The translations under genes and the position numbers were made by a program. A stretch of DNA of 64,000 bases from Vicugna vicugna (taxonomy: Eukaryota), in the NCBI GenBank assembly GCA_013265495.1, contig MU058213.1:5663149-5727148 (forward strand). Reading direction: 5' to 3'. Under the pieces are notes generated by a model. The model saw only the letters and a list, made by a program, of their open reading frames with translations. It was not told where the DNA came from and ran no database searches. Of this stretch, positions 50,225 to 64,000 are shown piece by piece (the stretch's first letter is position 1; each line of letters starts with the position of its first letter).

Positions 50225-52399
50225 AAGTTGATTTCATCAAGTCTATTTATTAATGCATTTCAAGTTTCAAAAAACCTTACATCTTTGCACAATACTTTAT
50301 TTTTTGCAACTTTTAGTAAAAATTTCCAAAGTGAACAAAAAGATACTGTATAAAACACAGTGGACATTAAACTGACAGTAGTATTAGATCTCATTTGTCT
50401 TGATCCTTTTGTTTTACCACATCTTGATTTGCAGTGGAAAGAGTTCAGTGCACTTATCTCTTTTCAGAAAACATTTAACTTAGACTCAAAATAAAATAGG
50501 GCAGTGTGTGCCTGCCAAAACCCTACCACAGGATAACATTACAAGCAAAAAATGTACATGTTCCAAAGTTTACCACACTCAAGAAGTTACTAAGAACTCT
50601 TGCAGAATAAAAGTCACCATTTTAGAAATGCAAACCCACTTCCAACCTTTGCACAGTCCAAAAACAAAGGCATTTAAATGATTTAAAAGCAATTACATAC
50701 ATATCTACCTACTTGTTTGTTTAGAATTATTTATAGTCTATCTGGGGTTTCATGTACAAAATTTGTCTCTAAATCATGTACAAAAAGCTGTATTTTGAAA
50801 AAAGTCACCACATACTGTACAAGTTTACAAGGAGGAGATCCCAATATTTTCTCTAGCATTTTTGGCCTTGCTGGCTTGCGTCACATTATGAGAATGATTG
50901 TGTAAACCTTATACTCTTAAGAAAAAAAGGAAAAAAAAAAAAAGCCAAACACAAATCTTTTCAACTTTCCCTAAATTTGCCTCCTATGTGAAGCCAGGAA
51001 AATCATAGCTGTTTACTTCTAACTTAGGTAATGTAGTTGGAAAACAGAAGCAATAAATATGTCACAAGCTTAAAATTTGTTTGTAATGCCCCCTTCCATT
51101 CCTGCATAGCAATACTAAGCCTGTTAATACATTAAATGCTGTTGCCTTCTTTCTTTAAAAAGCCAATTATTTACATCTATTTAAAAAATAAATTTGGAAT
51201 GGGACATTGTGCTGTTTCACCTTCATTGTTAAAATATTTTAGGGAAAAAAAATGTTGGAAGGCCTATCTACAATTTTAACTACTAGTTGAGCAAATCACT
51301 CTTTAGTGGTTACCAATGATCAGTGATGATATGCTGAAAAAACTGTTCAAATATTTTCATAAAATAGAGACACAGCTTTTCTTTTCCATATCAGACAAAA
51401 TCAAAACCATAATTAGCATACTTCAGATATATGGAAGACACAGAAAGAGCCTACAAATAAAAAGAATCATTTTGCTGACACAATTTCTACCAAACCATGA
51501 ATAAAATTTCACCTAGCAATTCAAAATATGGAATTGAATTAGAAAGTTTAAAAAAAGTAAGCAGAAATCAGACGCTTACGTAAAGAACTAAGTCTGAAGT
51601 AGTAGTATGCTGCGTATGTCCAGTTTGCACAACATTTAACTGTGTTCTTCAGCGTAGTCACTCCTGTGCTCTTAGCAGCCATTGATAAAACAAAATGAAT
51701 ATCAAAACCAACTCCGTCATAAGGAAAAGGTAAACTGATTCTCGTTTCAAAACTGCCTGTGTAAAGCATGACAGAATCCTGGACCACTGAATACCACCAT
51801 TCTCTGTTATCCTGAGTATGTCAATTAAACAGTAATTTTTCATTAAGAGCGGAAAAATTTTATAATACAAAGAAACATCCATATTGCAATTTCTGTTTAC
51901 AATTGCACACATAAGTACAGTGTACGTAAGAAATACATGTCTGCACATAACAAGGTATGTACATTGGCAAGTGATGTCTCCAATGTTGAGGTGGTCGAGC
52001 CTCCCAGCCTTGATTGGCAGTTGAAAAAAATATATATATATTTCAATTTGTGATAAAAGTTTATCGAGAGCCAAGTTTGCCTGCAAGTGAAGAAAATGCA
52101 GCAACGAAGAACAGGGAACACGGGGCACATAATAATATTCTAAGACTTTGTGCCATTAGGTTAAAAATATCTGTCCATAAGAAAATTGGGTTCCTTTTTC
52201 ACACCCCACCCCCAAATTGGAATTTTCAGGCTTTAAAATTTGAGTAATTCCACCTGATCTGAGGATATGATCTCTTGCCATTTTTTTCTTCGACTGCTAT
52301 TTGCGAGGGTTTAGTTTGGGGATGATGATTTAATAGGTTTCTCTTTGGAGTGAAGTTTTCCCATTGTAGGCACTAGGAAGAACCAAGGCAAAAGCTGAG
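50225..52399 (-). other. ADAM10: ADAM10 proximal 3' UTR (AU-rich, no obvious repeats)
   Basis: Follows the stop codon. Two minus-strand AATAAA signals at 50301-50296 and 50251-50246. Pumilio-type TGTAHATA at 51963-51956 and 51175-51168. The end coordinate is inferred. Confidence 0.7.
50246..50301 (-). terminator. Tandem polyadenylation signals for ADAM10
   Basis: TTTATT on the + strand at 50246-50251 and 50296-50301, with several UGUA motifs upstream (about 50550-50820). Confidence 0.6.
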
Positions 52400-52494
52400 T
52401 TAACGTCTCATGTGTCCCATCTGATAACTCTCCCGGGGCCTCTGACGCTGGGGTTGCTGAATGGGCTGGGGAGGTCTCCTCCTCTTTAAAGTGC
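52400..52494 (-). CDS. ADAM10: ADAM10 last exon coding part ([31 protein letters not shown])
   Basis: Minus-strand acceptor CCCAG ending at 52495 and TAA at 52402-52400. Sequence is the ADAM10 cytoplasmic tail. Confidence 0.98.
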
Positions 52495-52593
52495 CTGGGA
52501 GTCATGAACAAAAACAAAACCCAGTTACCACGAGCTTTTTAATCTTTAAAAACAAAGCTGCCATTTCAATTTTTTTTTTAAAAAGGTTCCAGA

Positions 52594-52880
52594 TCAGCAC
52601 TATCCAAAAAAATACAGTATGAGCCCTATATTGTCATTTTCTATTTTCTGGTAGCCACAGTGGAAAAAGTGAAAGAAAAACAGGTAAAATGATGTTAATA
52701 ATTTTTTATTTCATTTAACCCAATGTCAAAAATTAATCATTTCAAGATATAATCAATATAAAGAATTTTTAATGAAATATTCATTTTTTAATACTTAGTC
52801 TTTAGAGTCTGGTATGTATTTCATGTTTACAAAACTTCTCAATTGAGGCTAGCCACATTTCAGGTGCTTAACAGCTACAA
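52594..52880. mobile_element. MER33-like hAT-Charlie element in the last ADAM10 intron
   Basis: ATTTTCTGGTAGCCACA...AAACAGGT...ATTTAACCCAA...CTAGCCACATTTCAGGTGCT. Confidence 0.65.
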
Positions 52881-54180
52881 CTATTAGATTAATATGGATT
52901 GTGTAGACAGAATCCATGGTGAAGAAATTGCTGAGTGTCTTTGAGCAAATGACTCAACCTCTCTGAAACTGAGATGACTAGCCTATAAACGAGGGATATA
53001 ACTAACTCATATAGTGTGCTGTGAGGATTATATGATAATTCATGCAAAAGTGATCAACGCTTTTTGTGAAGGTTCAATAAACAACAGTTAATAGCTTTTT
53101 AATTTTAACAGCTAGAATTTACTTACAGTGAAATTAAAAGAACTGTTTCATTGAATGAGACCATGATATATATCTAAAAAGTGTCAAGTGGCCCCTGGAA
53201 ATTCCTAAGAAACTGACATAAGTACCAGAGTGCCAGCGTAAATTTATGGAAAGCAGTAACATCAAAATCAAATTTCCTCTGATTCCCACCAAGGTGACTA
53301 CTGAGCTCTCTTGCCTCAAGACAGGTAGATGCAAGGGAAGCGCTGAGGGAGAATGGAGAGAAGTATAAGGAACCCCTAGTTTTAAACTATTCTGTGTGGG
53401 GTGGTGGACTTAGCCTGAAGCAAGAGCCTTCGGTGAGCACTGCGTGTGTGCAAGAGGGAACTGCTGCTGTGCAGCTCAGGCTCTCCTCCGCCATGGCCTT
53501 GGGACAGTGTCTGCCCCACACCTACAGTGAACACGCCTACACACCCCCCGTCCAGGTGTCCCAAGGGCAGTGTGGAAGCCACACAGTGGGGAGGGGGAGG
53601 GAGAAATAGGTAGGGCCTAAATAATCCGGAGCAGTCACTTCCTTACCCTTCTCTAAATCCCCGGAGCTCAACTAAAGAGGGTCTCCTCCTAGCCCTGTCT
53701 CCTGACAGGTAAAGGGTGGAGACAAAACCTGAGGAGTGGTTTTCAGAGATGGAGAGTAACTACTGTTTGGTGACTGAAGCCTCTATCCTAAAATTTCCCC
53801 AAAAGCATCATCCCTAGGGAAAAGGAGCTTATGTGCCAGAAAATATTTCAAGAGCATGAACATTAACAACAATAACAGAAGCGTAACTACTAGAACAGAA
53901 AGACCAATAATTTAAAAGTAGCCTATCATAATAAAAGCAAACAGGGAAGATTGTAGGATATTAAAAAATATATATGTATTAGCATTAAATTGGCAGCTTT
54001 TAGCTAGATGGGGTTGATTTTAAAAACACACTTAAAAATCAACCAAATAATTCATCCAGTAACCCCATTCTCAAAGAGAAAGTACTATAAATCAGTTAGT
54101 GAAGACTCATTTATAATTCAGCTCTACTTGCTGAATGGTCCTGAGATATAAAACCACGTACCTCGCTCAAGTGGTCTTAC

Positions 54181-54307
54181 CTGGAAGAGGTTTAGGAGGA
54201 GGCAACTTTGGATTACTACTTGGAGTATGAACACTGCATATCTTAATAAAACCAGCCATTAACATGATCAGGGCGATTCCCATCAGTAATACTGCCCACC
54301 AATAAGC
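54181..54307 (-). CDS. ADAM10: ADAM10 penultimate exon (127 bp): transmembrane helix and Pro-rich segment
   Basis: Acceptor TAG (54310-54308) and donor GTAAG (54180). Translation [42 protein letters not shown]. Confidence 0.98.
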
Positions 54308-55527
54308 CTAGAAATAAACAGATTTTTCCACTGAAAAAACTATAAAATATTTTAAGATTTTTTATATTATATAAAATATACAATATAATATATTACATTT
54401 TAATTTTTAAAAAACATTTGTTAGTTGGGACTTGCACAGAGATAAAAGTACATATATACTAATTTCTTTAAGTATTAAAAAAAGAACAAAGGAGAAAACA
54501 AAAATTACCCATAATTTCACTTCCTAGAGGAAACCACTAAATCTTACTTTCATTTCAATCTCTTTTCTATATAACTATGTTTGTTATATATACAGATAAA
54601 CACAAGTGCAAAACTATGGACATTCTGCACATAGTTTATATTGTATTTTCCCATGTTGTTACATATTTTTTGATTTAAATATTTCCTTCTTTTCTTTTGT
54701 CTGTTACTCTTACAGACTTTGTTTGCTTTTTATATCCTCCAGTGACTAAGAAGGTATATAACTTGCTTTAAATTCTACTACTAGATAGATTTTTAAAATA
54801 TTCTTTAAATCTATATTTTTTTCTAATTCTTAAAGTTGACATTGAATTCTATCTTTTTGAGGTCTTTTTCCCTGTTTTTCTATTTCATTTGGAATTTCAG
54901 ACCCAGACTACTGTTATTAAATGATTTTTACATATCTTAGTTTTTATTATATTTATATATATAAAATATCTATTATATATTCACTTACTTAAAAGTTAAC
55001 TGTCTTCTTTAATATGAAAACTGGAAGGATATACACATTCTAGAAGCAGGCAAAGTTTACCTCTAAGAAGGTACTAAAAATTTCACTTCCAACTTAAATC
55101 ATATTAAATAAATCAATTAGCTAAACAAAAAACCTTCAAAAATTATTGTCATAATCTTATTTACAGAAAAATTACTGTTTTCATTCATAATAAATTATAA
55201 GCCTGTTTTATTATTCAAAATGTTCAAATTTTGTTTTAGGATAGCATGTACAACATCATACAAAACATTAACAAGTTGAAAACTATGAACCTTCATATTG
55301 GCCTACACAGACTGTTATAATACATACATAGTTATTGCTATTACTGGCAATTAAACTCCCATTTAAGATGTCCTATAATCTGAGGCTTTAAAACAAACAG
55401 CCTACTACTTCTATACTGTTTTTTTTATAAAGCAGTAACAATGTAAAGAAATACAAGCTAAAATAAAAGTGAACACTGTGGCAAAATACCCCAAGCCACT
55501 TTTTCCATGTGTGCATAAAGCCTTTCC

Positions 55528-55582
55528 TATATATATATACATACACACACACACACACATATATATATGTAATATACATATA
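55528..55582. repeat. Compound (TA)n(CA)n(TA)n microsatellite
   Basis: Seen directly; abuts an old L1 3' end. Confidence 0.9.
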
Positions 55583-55584
55583 TT

Positions 55585-56480
55585 TCTTTCATTTGTTTAA
55601 TTCTGAAAGAATCTCAAACTTATAAAAAAGTTCAAATATGGTACAAAGAAGTTTTTTAAAATCTGGAATCATCTTAGAGTAAGTTACTAGCATGATGTCC
55701 TGTTTACACCCGAACATTTCAGGCATATAGTTCCTACAACGACGAGTGTTTTCCTAGATAATCACAGCACTATCATCAAAATCAGGAAATTAGCACTGAT
55801 ATACTACTATCATTTAATCACAGACCTCATTCAAGTTTTGCCATTTGTCCCAATACCACCCAATTCAGAATTGTGTGTTGCATTTAGCAGCCATGTTTCC
55901 TTAGTCTCCTGCAATCTGGAAATGTTGCACAGTGTTGCTTTAGCTTATAAAACCTTGACAGTTTTAAAGATTATAGGTTAGTTATTTTGCACTGGAATGT
56001 CCCATAATTTGGGTTTCTCAGATGTGTCTTTTTTATTACATTCAGGTCATACATCTTGGGTAAGAATATCTCAGAAGTGACGCTGTGTTCTTATTGCATC
56101 CTACCAGATGACACGTGACTTTGATCTCATTACTGATGATGTTAACTTGATCGCTTGATCAAGGTGTTATCTGTGAAACTTTACCAGAAAGATACTCTTC
56201 TCATTTGTAGTCAACGTGTATTCTATAGGAACATAATTAAAAACTATATAAATATCATATTCTTCCTCTAAATTTCAATTTATTCATTTATTTATTCCTT
56301 CATGGTTTCCGATGTTCCTCAGTGGGTTATAATCCATCACTATCAGTACTGTGTCCTTGGGGCATGTCCCCACCATTCTTTGAGCACTTTCTTTCAGACA
56401 CAAGAAGTTCCAGGTTCATCTTGTTCCATCCCTGCCCCAGCCTTAGATCAGCCATTTCTCAAAGGAGCCCTGGTTCCTTG
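55585..56480 (-). mobile_element. Old L1 (L1MC-like) 3' region
   Basis: ATCAAAATCAGGAAATTAGCACTGAT...; GATCAGCCATTTCTCAAAGGAGCCCTGGTTCCTT. Confidence 0.65.
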
Positions 56481-59400
56481 TAGAACTGCCCCTCCTATGT
56501 AGACACACTCCTCACAATACTTGTATTCTGACATCCCAAGCTAGTCACCCCTCCACAGGGTACACAGGGCACCCTTCCCTGTGCCAGTACAGCTCCCCTT
56601 ACTGGGCATGGGTGCCTTGCCTTGCCTGGCCTCACCTAATGCCTTTAGGAGTGAATTGTTCAAGAAAGGAGAAGATAAGGGGTAATGTGATTCATTTAGC
56701 CTTACGGCTGAAAGATTTGATCTTTTAAAAGGAGAAGCTACAAATCTGAATTTTTATGTGAAATCTGTTTTTAAATGCTAGCAACTCATTCAAAATTTCT
56801 AAAACCAATAGGCAGACCATACAAGACATGTTTGCAGAGCCAAATCTGGCTTGCATACCACAACTTTACAATCTACTTTTCAGAAGCCATTTCTTGTATC
56901 CTGCTGAGATTGCCAGATAGTTTTCTAAAATTTTCTTTTGGTTTCTGTAGAAAATAATATTCAGAGCACTGCTCCTCCCTGTGAGTTTTTAGAGTAATAT
57001 TCCCTTGTTATATAAATTTTCCATAAGCTCCTATTGTTTCCTCTGTTTTATTCATCCTCAAATATTGGCCCCACTATTCATCAAAAGGCAGGGTCTAAGT
57101 CCTGCCCTCAGTCTGTCAACTAGAGCGTCAGCTGATTTCTCCTTTCATTTCTGCCTACCGTCGCATGCAGAACTATATGCACAGCTTTGGTCCTAGTCTA
57201 AGCATCCAGAGGCCTTTTAAATGTGACATTTAATGAAGTCTGGCCTTCCTCTACCTTTCCTGTCTGGATCTCTAACACTCTGACCTAGTAAAATACATTA
57301 AGGACCAACATCACCAGCTTGTACTGCTACAAGCACTCTTCCTGCCCTATACCAGCGGTTCTCAACCTTGGCTGCACATTAGAATCACCTGGGAAGCTTT
57401 TACAGCTCAGTTACCTGGACTAAATCCCAGACCCCAACAGGGCAGAAGTGAGATCCTGACATCCACAACTTGGTTCAAGCTACCCAGATGATTCCATTAT
57501 GCATCCAAGACTAAGAGCTACTGGTCTCCACCGAAGATCAGGGGGAAGCTGTAAACATCTGACTGATTGTAGAGAGATTCCTGTGACTAGGAAGAGCTGC
57601 TCAAATAATCAGCATTCACATGGCAAAGGAATGGTTCCCGTCTCTGAGTACATCTAAGAATGATCTGGTATGCTTATTGAAACAGACATTCTCAGGCCCA
57701 ATCCCAGAAATTCCAATTCAGTTGTTCTGGTGGAGGGCCCAGGCAACTGCATTTTAAACAAGCGTGCCCGTGACTAGGGTGCAGATGAGGACTTCTTACT
57801 CAGTGAGGACATGCTGGCACTGTGGCACAGGACCATGTGAGCAATGCAGGAAGTTTGGCATACACAGCCTGCATCCATCAAATGCCAGCAGAGCCCCTCA
57901 GTTACTCTGACAGCTACTGTATATTTCCAAATACCCTCTGGAGAGGCGGTGTCACTTCTAAGGTGATCCGATCCATCAGCACAAAGGGAGAAGGGTCCTC
58001 CTATTAACCTTCAGGCGGATGGGCTAGTTCAGTTACAGGAGATGCACTTCTGTCCCTGATGTTCATTGTATTCTGACACCCCTCCTTCCAGTCTTTCCTG
58101 CTCAAAATCATCCACACAGCCATCAGTGTAACAGCTACTTAAAATATGAAACTATGTCACTCTTCTACGTATAACCCTTCTTCAAAAGCTTCCCACCAAA
58201 GATCTCCAAGATAAATCATTAAGTGGGAGGAAAAAAACAAAACTTGAGCACACAATGGACTGCAGCACAGTGTATAATTGATTCCACTACTTTTTAAAAA
58301 ATTTTTATTTTTTTATAAAAATACAGTTTCTAAAGGATTTTCAAGAAACTCATCTTGAGAAGACTGGGCTCCAGGGTAAAAAGGTTTACTCTGTCAATTA
58401 GAAAAAAAGATAATCACCCTTTCAAAAGGGAAAAAGAACAAAAATTTTTATTTAAAATAATTCATACTTCAGTGATTTTTTTCAGGTGCTCCCTCTTTAT
58501 AAAACACCGACCTGTACTCTCTACTTCTATTAGTCCTTAAGAACTGACTTTGGCATCGCCTCCTTAACGAGGCCTTCCCCAAACAGGTCCACCTATTTTC
58601 TGTGAAATTACCATGCAGAACTGAAAATAGGTTTCTGTGCGCTTCTCCACTCCATCCCAAACTGGATGCAAGCTTTTTGAAGTTATATTCTACAAACTCA
58701 GTACCTACCCTACAGAAAAGAACCTGTTGGGCTAGTTATTACTTGTGAGTTGTTACTCCAAATACTGACTTTTCGAAACACTTCTACCGGTTTATTTATT
58801 ATGTCTAGACTGCCCGCACATACAAATAGCGCAAAAAGGCTCTTACAACAGAGAACATAAAACACAATAGTTCTGAAACCTCTTCTAATACTGGTTCTTC
58901 AGTACCTATCCAGTCTTAAATAGAGATGCAACTAGTCTAGCGTAGAAGACACAGACTGGAGAGAGGAAGCCTGGATTTAATAATGGTTATAAACTTGAAG
59001 AAAACAAAGGTCAGAAGGACCAAGTCCCAGTTTAGATCAACAGACATCTACCAAAATGTGGCACCCAGCACCTTGAGAATTTCCAGTCCCTTCTAACAGA
59101 GTTCTTGGCTTTCCTCCAGAATTTTCCAGGTAACTACATATCTTGAAAGCCCAAAGTTTGAGATATTTTAATGACAATGATAGTAGTTTTTCAGAAGAAT
59201 ATCACAGCAGACCGAGGACAGCAAGAAAAAACTAAACAAAACAATAGTACATTTGAGAGTGTACCACCTTTGGTACAAAGGATTTTTCTAATGCTCCCTT
59301 TAAAAGAGAATTATCAGAGAGTGGTTAATGCTAAATCACATGTTTTCTCTTTCACACATACTATAAAATCCAGGAAAAGATTACCAACCAGGCTAATAAA

Positions 59401-62400
59401 TAAAAATATGTGTTTCATCTCAAAAGATCACAATTTGTCCATTGGTTAGACTCTAAAGAAAGAGAGAGCTGTCATTCATTCAACAAACATTTAATGAGTG
59501 TAAATTATGCACCAAGCTCTTGTCTTTCATAGGTACAAGGGTGTTAAGTGAAACTTAAGAAACAAAGAGAAGACATCCAAAAGTTCAAGAAAAAGCCTAG
59601 AAGCTAACAAGCACTGCATCAAGTCTGAGGAAATAATTCTACATAAAGAACAGACAGATGATGTTCAATATATCCATTTATAAGGCCAAAAGAACATAAA
59701 GGAGAAAAAAGGAGCAAAAATAACAAACCAAAAGGTCAAAATCTACCAGTCTAATTTAGTATGTACTATTATAATAGTTTTCTTTTTAATTTAATAATCT
59801 AAATAAACAAAAAGGATCTACTGGATAATGAAACAATAAACCAGGTACCAACCAAAACACTGTTGGGGGAAGGGGCAAGAAATTCACTCAAGTCTCTTCA
59901 GACGTAAGGTAATCTTTACTGTTTTTAAGATCTCCAGAAAAAAGTCAACCGTATAATCCTTTCAGTGAATGTTCCAGTATCAGCAACTCTCATTCTGAGC
60001 AAACACACTCTAGGCTTCTTATGGGTCACAAGACCACGTGAGGCCCACAGTTCCTTGTCATGATACTGATTATGCCATCCCGCAAGGGCAGAAAGCCTCC
60101 TCCTATCCTTCAGAAGATACCACTGTCCGGACTTTGACTAAATGTTCTGTCCTTCAGCACCCCACATGCCACCCCTCATACCAATCTGCCAAGCAGAAAG
60201 CAACTGGCTACTAATCTTGTTCCTTCAAACTCAGCCTGGGCAAACAGAATAAAACACCACTGAGAGAAACCTGAAAACATTACAACTTCAAAGTTCGGGT
60301 AACATGTATGACTTTTATAAATTATGACATGTAAGAAATCTGCTTCCATCCATCTAGCAAATGCTCACTGACTCCTTACCATATGCCAAGCCCTGTGACA
60401 ATACTGCATCCTTGTTAAAGGCTCATTAGTGATAGCTATGTGGCCTCTTCTATGAGGCAACAAAGGACCCTAGAGATCCACAACCACCTTCCGTTTTCAA
60501 CATAGCAGGATGACAAAGTAGAAAATTTCTGTCACAAGTCTTTTGAGAAGGAGCCAGGACATTGCAGAGACTGCAAAAACGGTTCCCAAACTTTAACATG
60601 CACTGTCACCTACTGACTCAGTGGGTCTAGATGGGGTCTGATAATTTGCATTTTTATCAAGTTCCCAGGTGATGCTGATGCTGCTGGTCAGGGAACCACA
60701 CTCTGGGGTACACTGCTCTGGATTAGGGGCTGATAAATATTTCAGGCTTTGTGGGGCCATACAGTCTCTGTTGCACCTGCTCAAAGGGTAAAAGCAGACA
60801 CAGACAATATGTAACTGAATGGGTGTGGTTCTGTTTGATAAATCATTATGGGTAACAGAATTTGAATTTCATATAAACTCCTGCTAAATCTGAACAAAAA
60901 AGAAAAAAAGCAGTAAACAGGCAATTATTTTAAAGTGTGGGGGAAATACAATGATAAATTTGAAAAAAATCAAGGTCAAAGACAGTTTTCTATGTCAAAC
61001 CTAAATAAAAGATGCAGAAAATGTGAACACATCAATAACTATGAAAAACGAAAAAGAATTACTAATGTCCTGACACTCATTTAAAGAAAAGGTGACAGAA
61101 AATGAAAGTCTAAACAGATTTACTGGTGAACGCTTTCAAACTTTTCAAGAACTAGGTGACTCCTTGATAAATGCAAAGGAAGTCTATCATTATCTCCTGG
61201 CCAGACACAAAGGAGGCACTCAGCCTACATCAAACATTATTGTCAAAAACAACTTTTCCCCAGAAAAAAAAAAAGGAAAAATCTTTTTATCATGTCACTT
61301 CCACAGTATCAGAAGCAGTCAGTAACTTAGGCCCTGAAGTATTAAACTGTCGAGGTTTCCCCCACTCTATGCTCCATGAGGAAAAAAGATACCATAGTGC
61401 ACTACTGAAAGGAGACAAAAAAGCTACCGGGTACCACTGGAAAGGGAAGTCAGTGAAACTAACCTCTTGTCCCTTTCAGAGCTTCCCACATCAGAGCATA
61501 TTAATAACCTACATTACTAACTAGGACAAACGTAACATAACAAATTTAATGTAACAAATACAATGTAACAAAATTAACTCTGCTATGCAAGCAAACCTTG
61601 CAAGTAACACAAATGAGACAAATGATTTATAAGGAAATAGATGCTGGTTATCTTACTCTTTGACCTGGTTAATACCCACAAATGCAGCCGCAGACTAGCG
61701 GTAGTGTTCAGGCATTACAGACCATGCTATTAGGAAGAACGGCACATGAATGTCAACACTGATAAAAAGTAACAGCATTCTACACCATTCTACACTCACT
61801 TAAGACAAACTTGCACAAACCTAAACGTTTCAGAGCATACAGAAAGACTTCATATTGCTCAAATTCACTGTTAAGAAGCATTTCATTAAATCCTCAAATC
61901 TAAAATATAAAAAAAGTTAAAAATACTTTAAAAAAGATCATTTCTATTAAATATTTTGAAGATGGGAATAAATAAGCTTTTGAAACTCTAAATAAAATGA
62001 GTCAAAATTAGAGATAAAGAAGAAAAGTGAAAAAATATAATTTTTAGATGGTACGATTTACTAGATAGAAAACTTAAGCTATCTGGCACAACATACATTC
62101 AGCAGAACATAAGTCTGAGATCCCCACTATCAGATTTTTTTCTTTGAACACACTGTCTTTCATACTAGATAAGTATACCAGTTTTCAACTTTTTCTTATT
62201 AGAGATAACCAGAAAAAAGAAAATAAGAACTGGATCTGAGCTGAAATCAGGGAAGTAAAAGGACCAAAAAACATAAGCTACTTGAAGTCAGAGAACTGTC
62301 AATGTCAGAAGGATGATCTGAATCCTTATGTGATTCCAAGCCTGTATTCCTTCTACTTTACCATAGTGCCAGAGGCACCTTTAGCTTAACAGGTATTTTT

Positions 62401-63488
62401 TTTATAATACATCATACACCAAGCATAGGAGTATAAAAATGAGTAATGTACCACATTTTTAGGAGACCTAATCAATTGTCCAATTATTTGGTTTAAAACT
62501 TAGGTCTCCTAAATCCAACTTCAATAATTCTCCCACTACACAGTCATTACATATCTAAAAATCACATTTTAACATACAAAGTATTCTTCTTCTTTATATG
62601 TAATAAACACCGTTTTAATGCTAGAGATAATTCCAAAAGTTTTACTGTAAATTTTTACTACAATAGTACCAAAAAGGGCTGCCAACCCACACAGATGACT
62701 ATTTCTGTGTGTGCTTTAAAGGTATCCTCAGTCCTGAACACATACAAAATATGTGAAAAATAATTTAGGAGCAGTGGAGGAGGAGGAGCTGAGTTCTAAG
62801 CCAATTTCCAAAGCAAACTTACTCACTTCACATATAGCACCTTCTCAAACACATCACTTGCACATTTCCTACTGATATTTTTCATGTAAATACTTATAAA
62901 TATTTAAATGACTTAAGACAATTAACTCTCACCAATCTTTTTCAAAAATTTCAGGTAATTCAACATCTGTACAACTGGGGAAAATGTGGGCTGAAAAGTT
63001 ATATAGTTCAATAGATTTATGTTCGATGAACATCCATAATCATTAATAAATCTGCAAAAGACTCTGTATCTGATCTTACCCTGTTCAACATTTCCTATCA
63101 CGGACAAGATGAAGACCCAGAAATTATACTGAAACATCAAAAAAAACCTTCAGAAAATCATCCATTTCTCTTTTACCTCTTCTGTTCGGCAAAGTAGAAC
63201 CCACAGCAGGGTATCTGTCATACTGAGACAAGGGGGAAGCATAAAAAGCAAGCAGGGCTTTCCAAAACAACCTCAGGAAAAAGTCTCCTGGCAATGCTCT
63301 AATCATATGGACCAAAGGAGGAAGTAACCCATCCAGGACATTACCAGGGAGCAGAGTGAAACGGAATGACTTCCATCACCTACCAACCAAATCTATGAAT
63401 GACACACATGTGGAGATCCTGATCACTTCAGAAGAAAACAATACCCAGGGATATTTGACTTTAAAAATCATTCTTCAGATAAAACACA

Positions 63489-63682
63489 CTTTACCCTTGA
63501 ACAACGTGGGGGGCAGTTAATCCACACATAACTCATAGTTGGCCCTCGATATCCACAGTTCCTCCGCATCTGCAGATTTGAACAACCAGAGACTGTGTAC
63601 TACTGTAGAATTTACTGTTGAAAAATATCTGTGTATCAGTGGACCCATGCAGTTCAAACTCACATTGTTCAAGGGTTGAGTA
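63489..63682. mobile_element. Tigger2/MER8-like TcMar MITE
   Basis: Inverted termini ACCCTTGAACAA and TTGTTCAAGGGT; internal AGTGGACCCATGCAGTTCAAAC. Confidence 0.7.
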
Positions 63683-63801
63683 CTTTCAGTATAAACAGGA
63701 AAGAAGTGACTTCCTCACAACACTGGTGACCTCTGACCAAGCAGAATGATGATCAAATCATTTTAAGATCAAGTTTCTTTATAAATAAAAATTACACTTA
63801 C

Positions 63802-64000
63802 CACAATCCATTCAGCAATGTTTTCATAGAGCTCTGGACTGAAAATTGCTTTTTTAAGCCTAGCTAGAGGACCATCGGCATCTACTAATCTGCACCGCAT
63901 GAAAACATCACAGTAGCCTCTAAAATCGTTGCATGGGGATCCAGGTTGCAGGGTGATGGTTCGACCAAGGAAGTACATGTTCCACTGCACAGACCCTGTA
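63802..64000 (-). CDS. ADAM10: ADAM10 third-last exon (partial, runs off the window): end of the Cys-rich domain and stalk
   Basis: Translation [66 protein letters not shown], then donor GTAAGT at 63801. Confidence 0.98.

Noticed and set aside
51548..52517. Several minus-strand ORFs near the ADAM10 end
   Set aside because: They lie in the 3' UTR or in an alternative frame of the last exon, and show no protein similarity that I can recognise.

Overview
This is mammalian genomic DNA, most likely camelid: it carries a Vic-1-like tRNA-derived SINE and matching young L1 3' ends. Two genes converge tail to tail. On the + strand are exons 2-9 of hepatic lipase (LIPC; exon 1 lies upstream of the window), which splice into one open frame with an intact Ser-Asp-His triad and stop at 28324-28326. 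On the - strand are the last three exons of ADAM10 (stop at 52400-52402) and its 3' UTR. The rest is intronic or intergenic, with L1, L2, MIR, LTR and DNA-transposon remnants. I found no new protein-coding gene and no prokaryote-type system. The best leads are: a TSD-flanked mini-L1 whose 5' start is fused directly to its 3' end (possible spliced L1 retrocopy); a TSD-flanked 5'-only L1 whose promoter end stays CpG-rich and whose target site is triplicated; and lineage-specific LIPC changes (a 7-aa insertion in the PLAT Trp-rich loop, an R-X-X-R at the LPL/EL convertase site, and AAGAAA where human has the proximal AATAAA). Comparisons with other species and repeat family names are from memory, not from alignments or database searches. 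Boundaries of old repeats are approximate.
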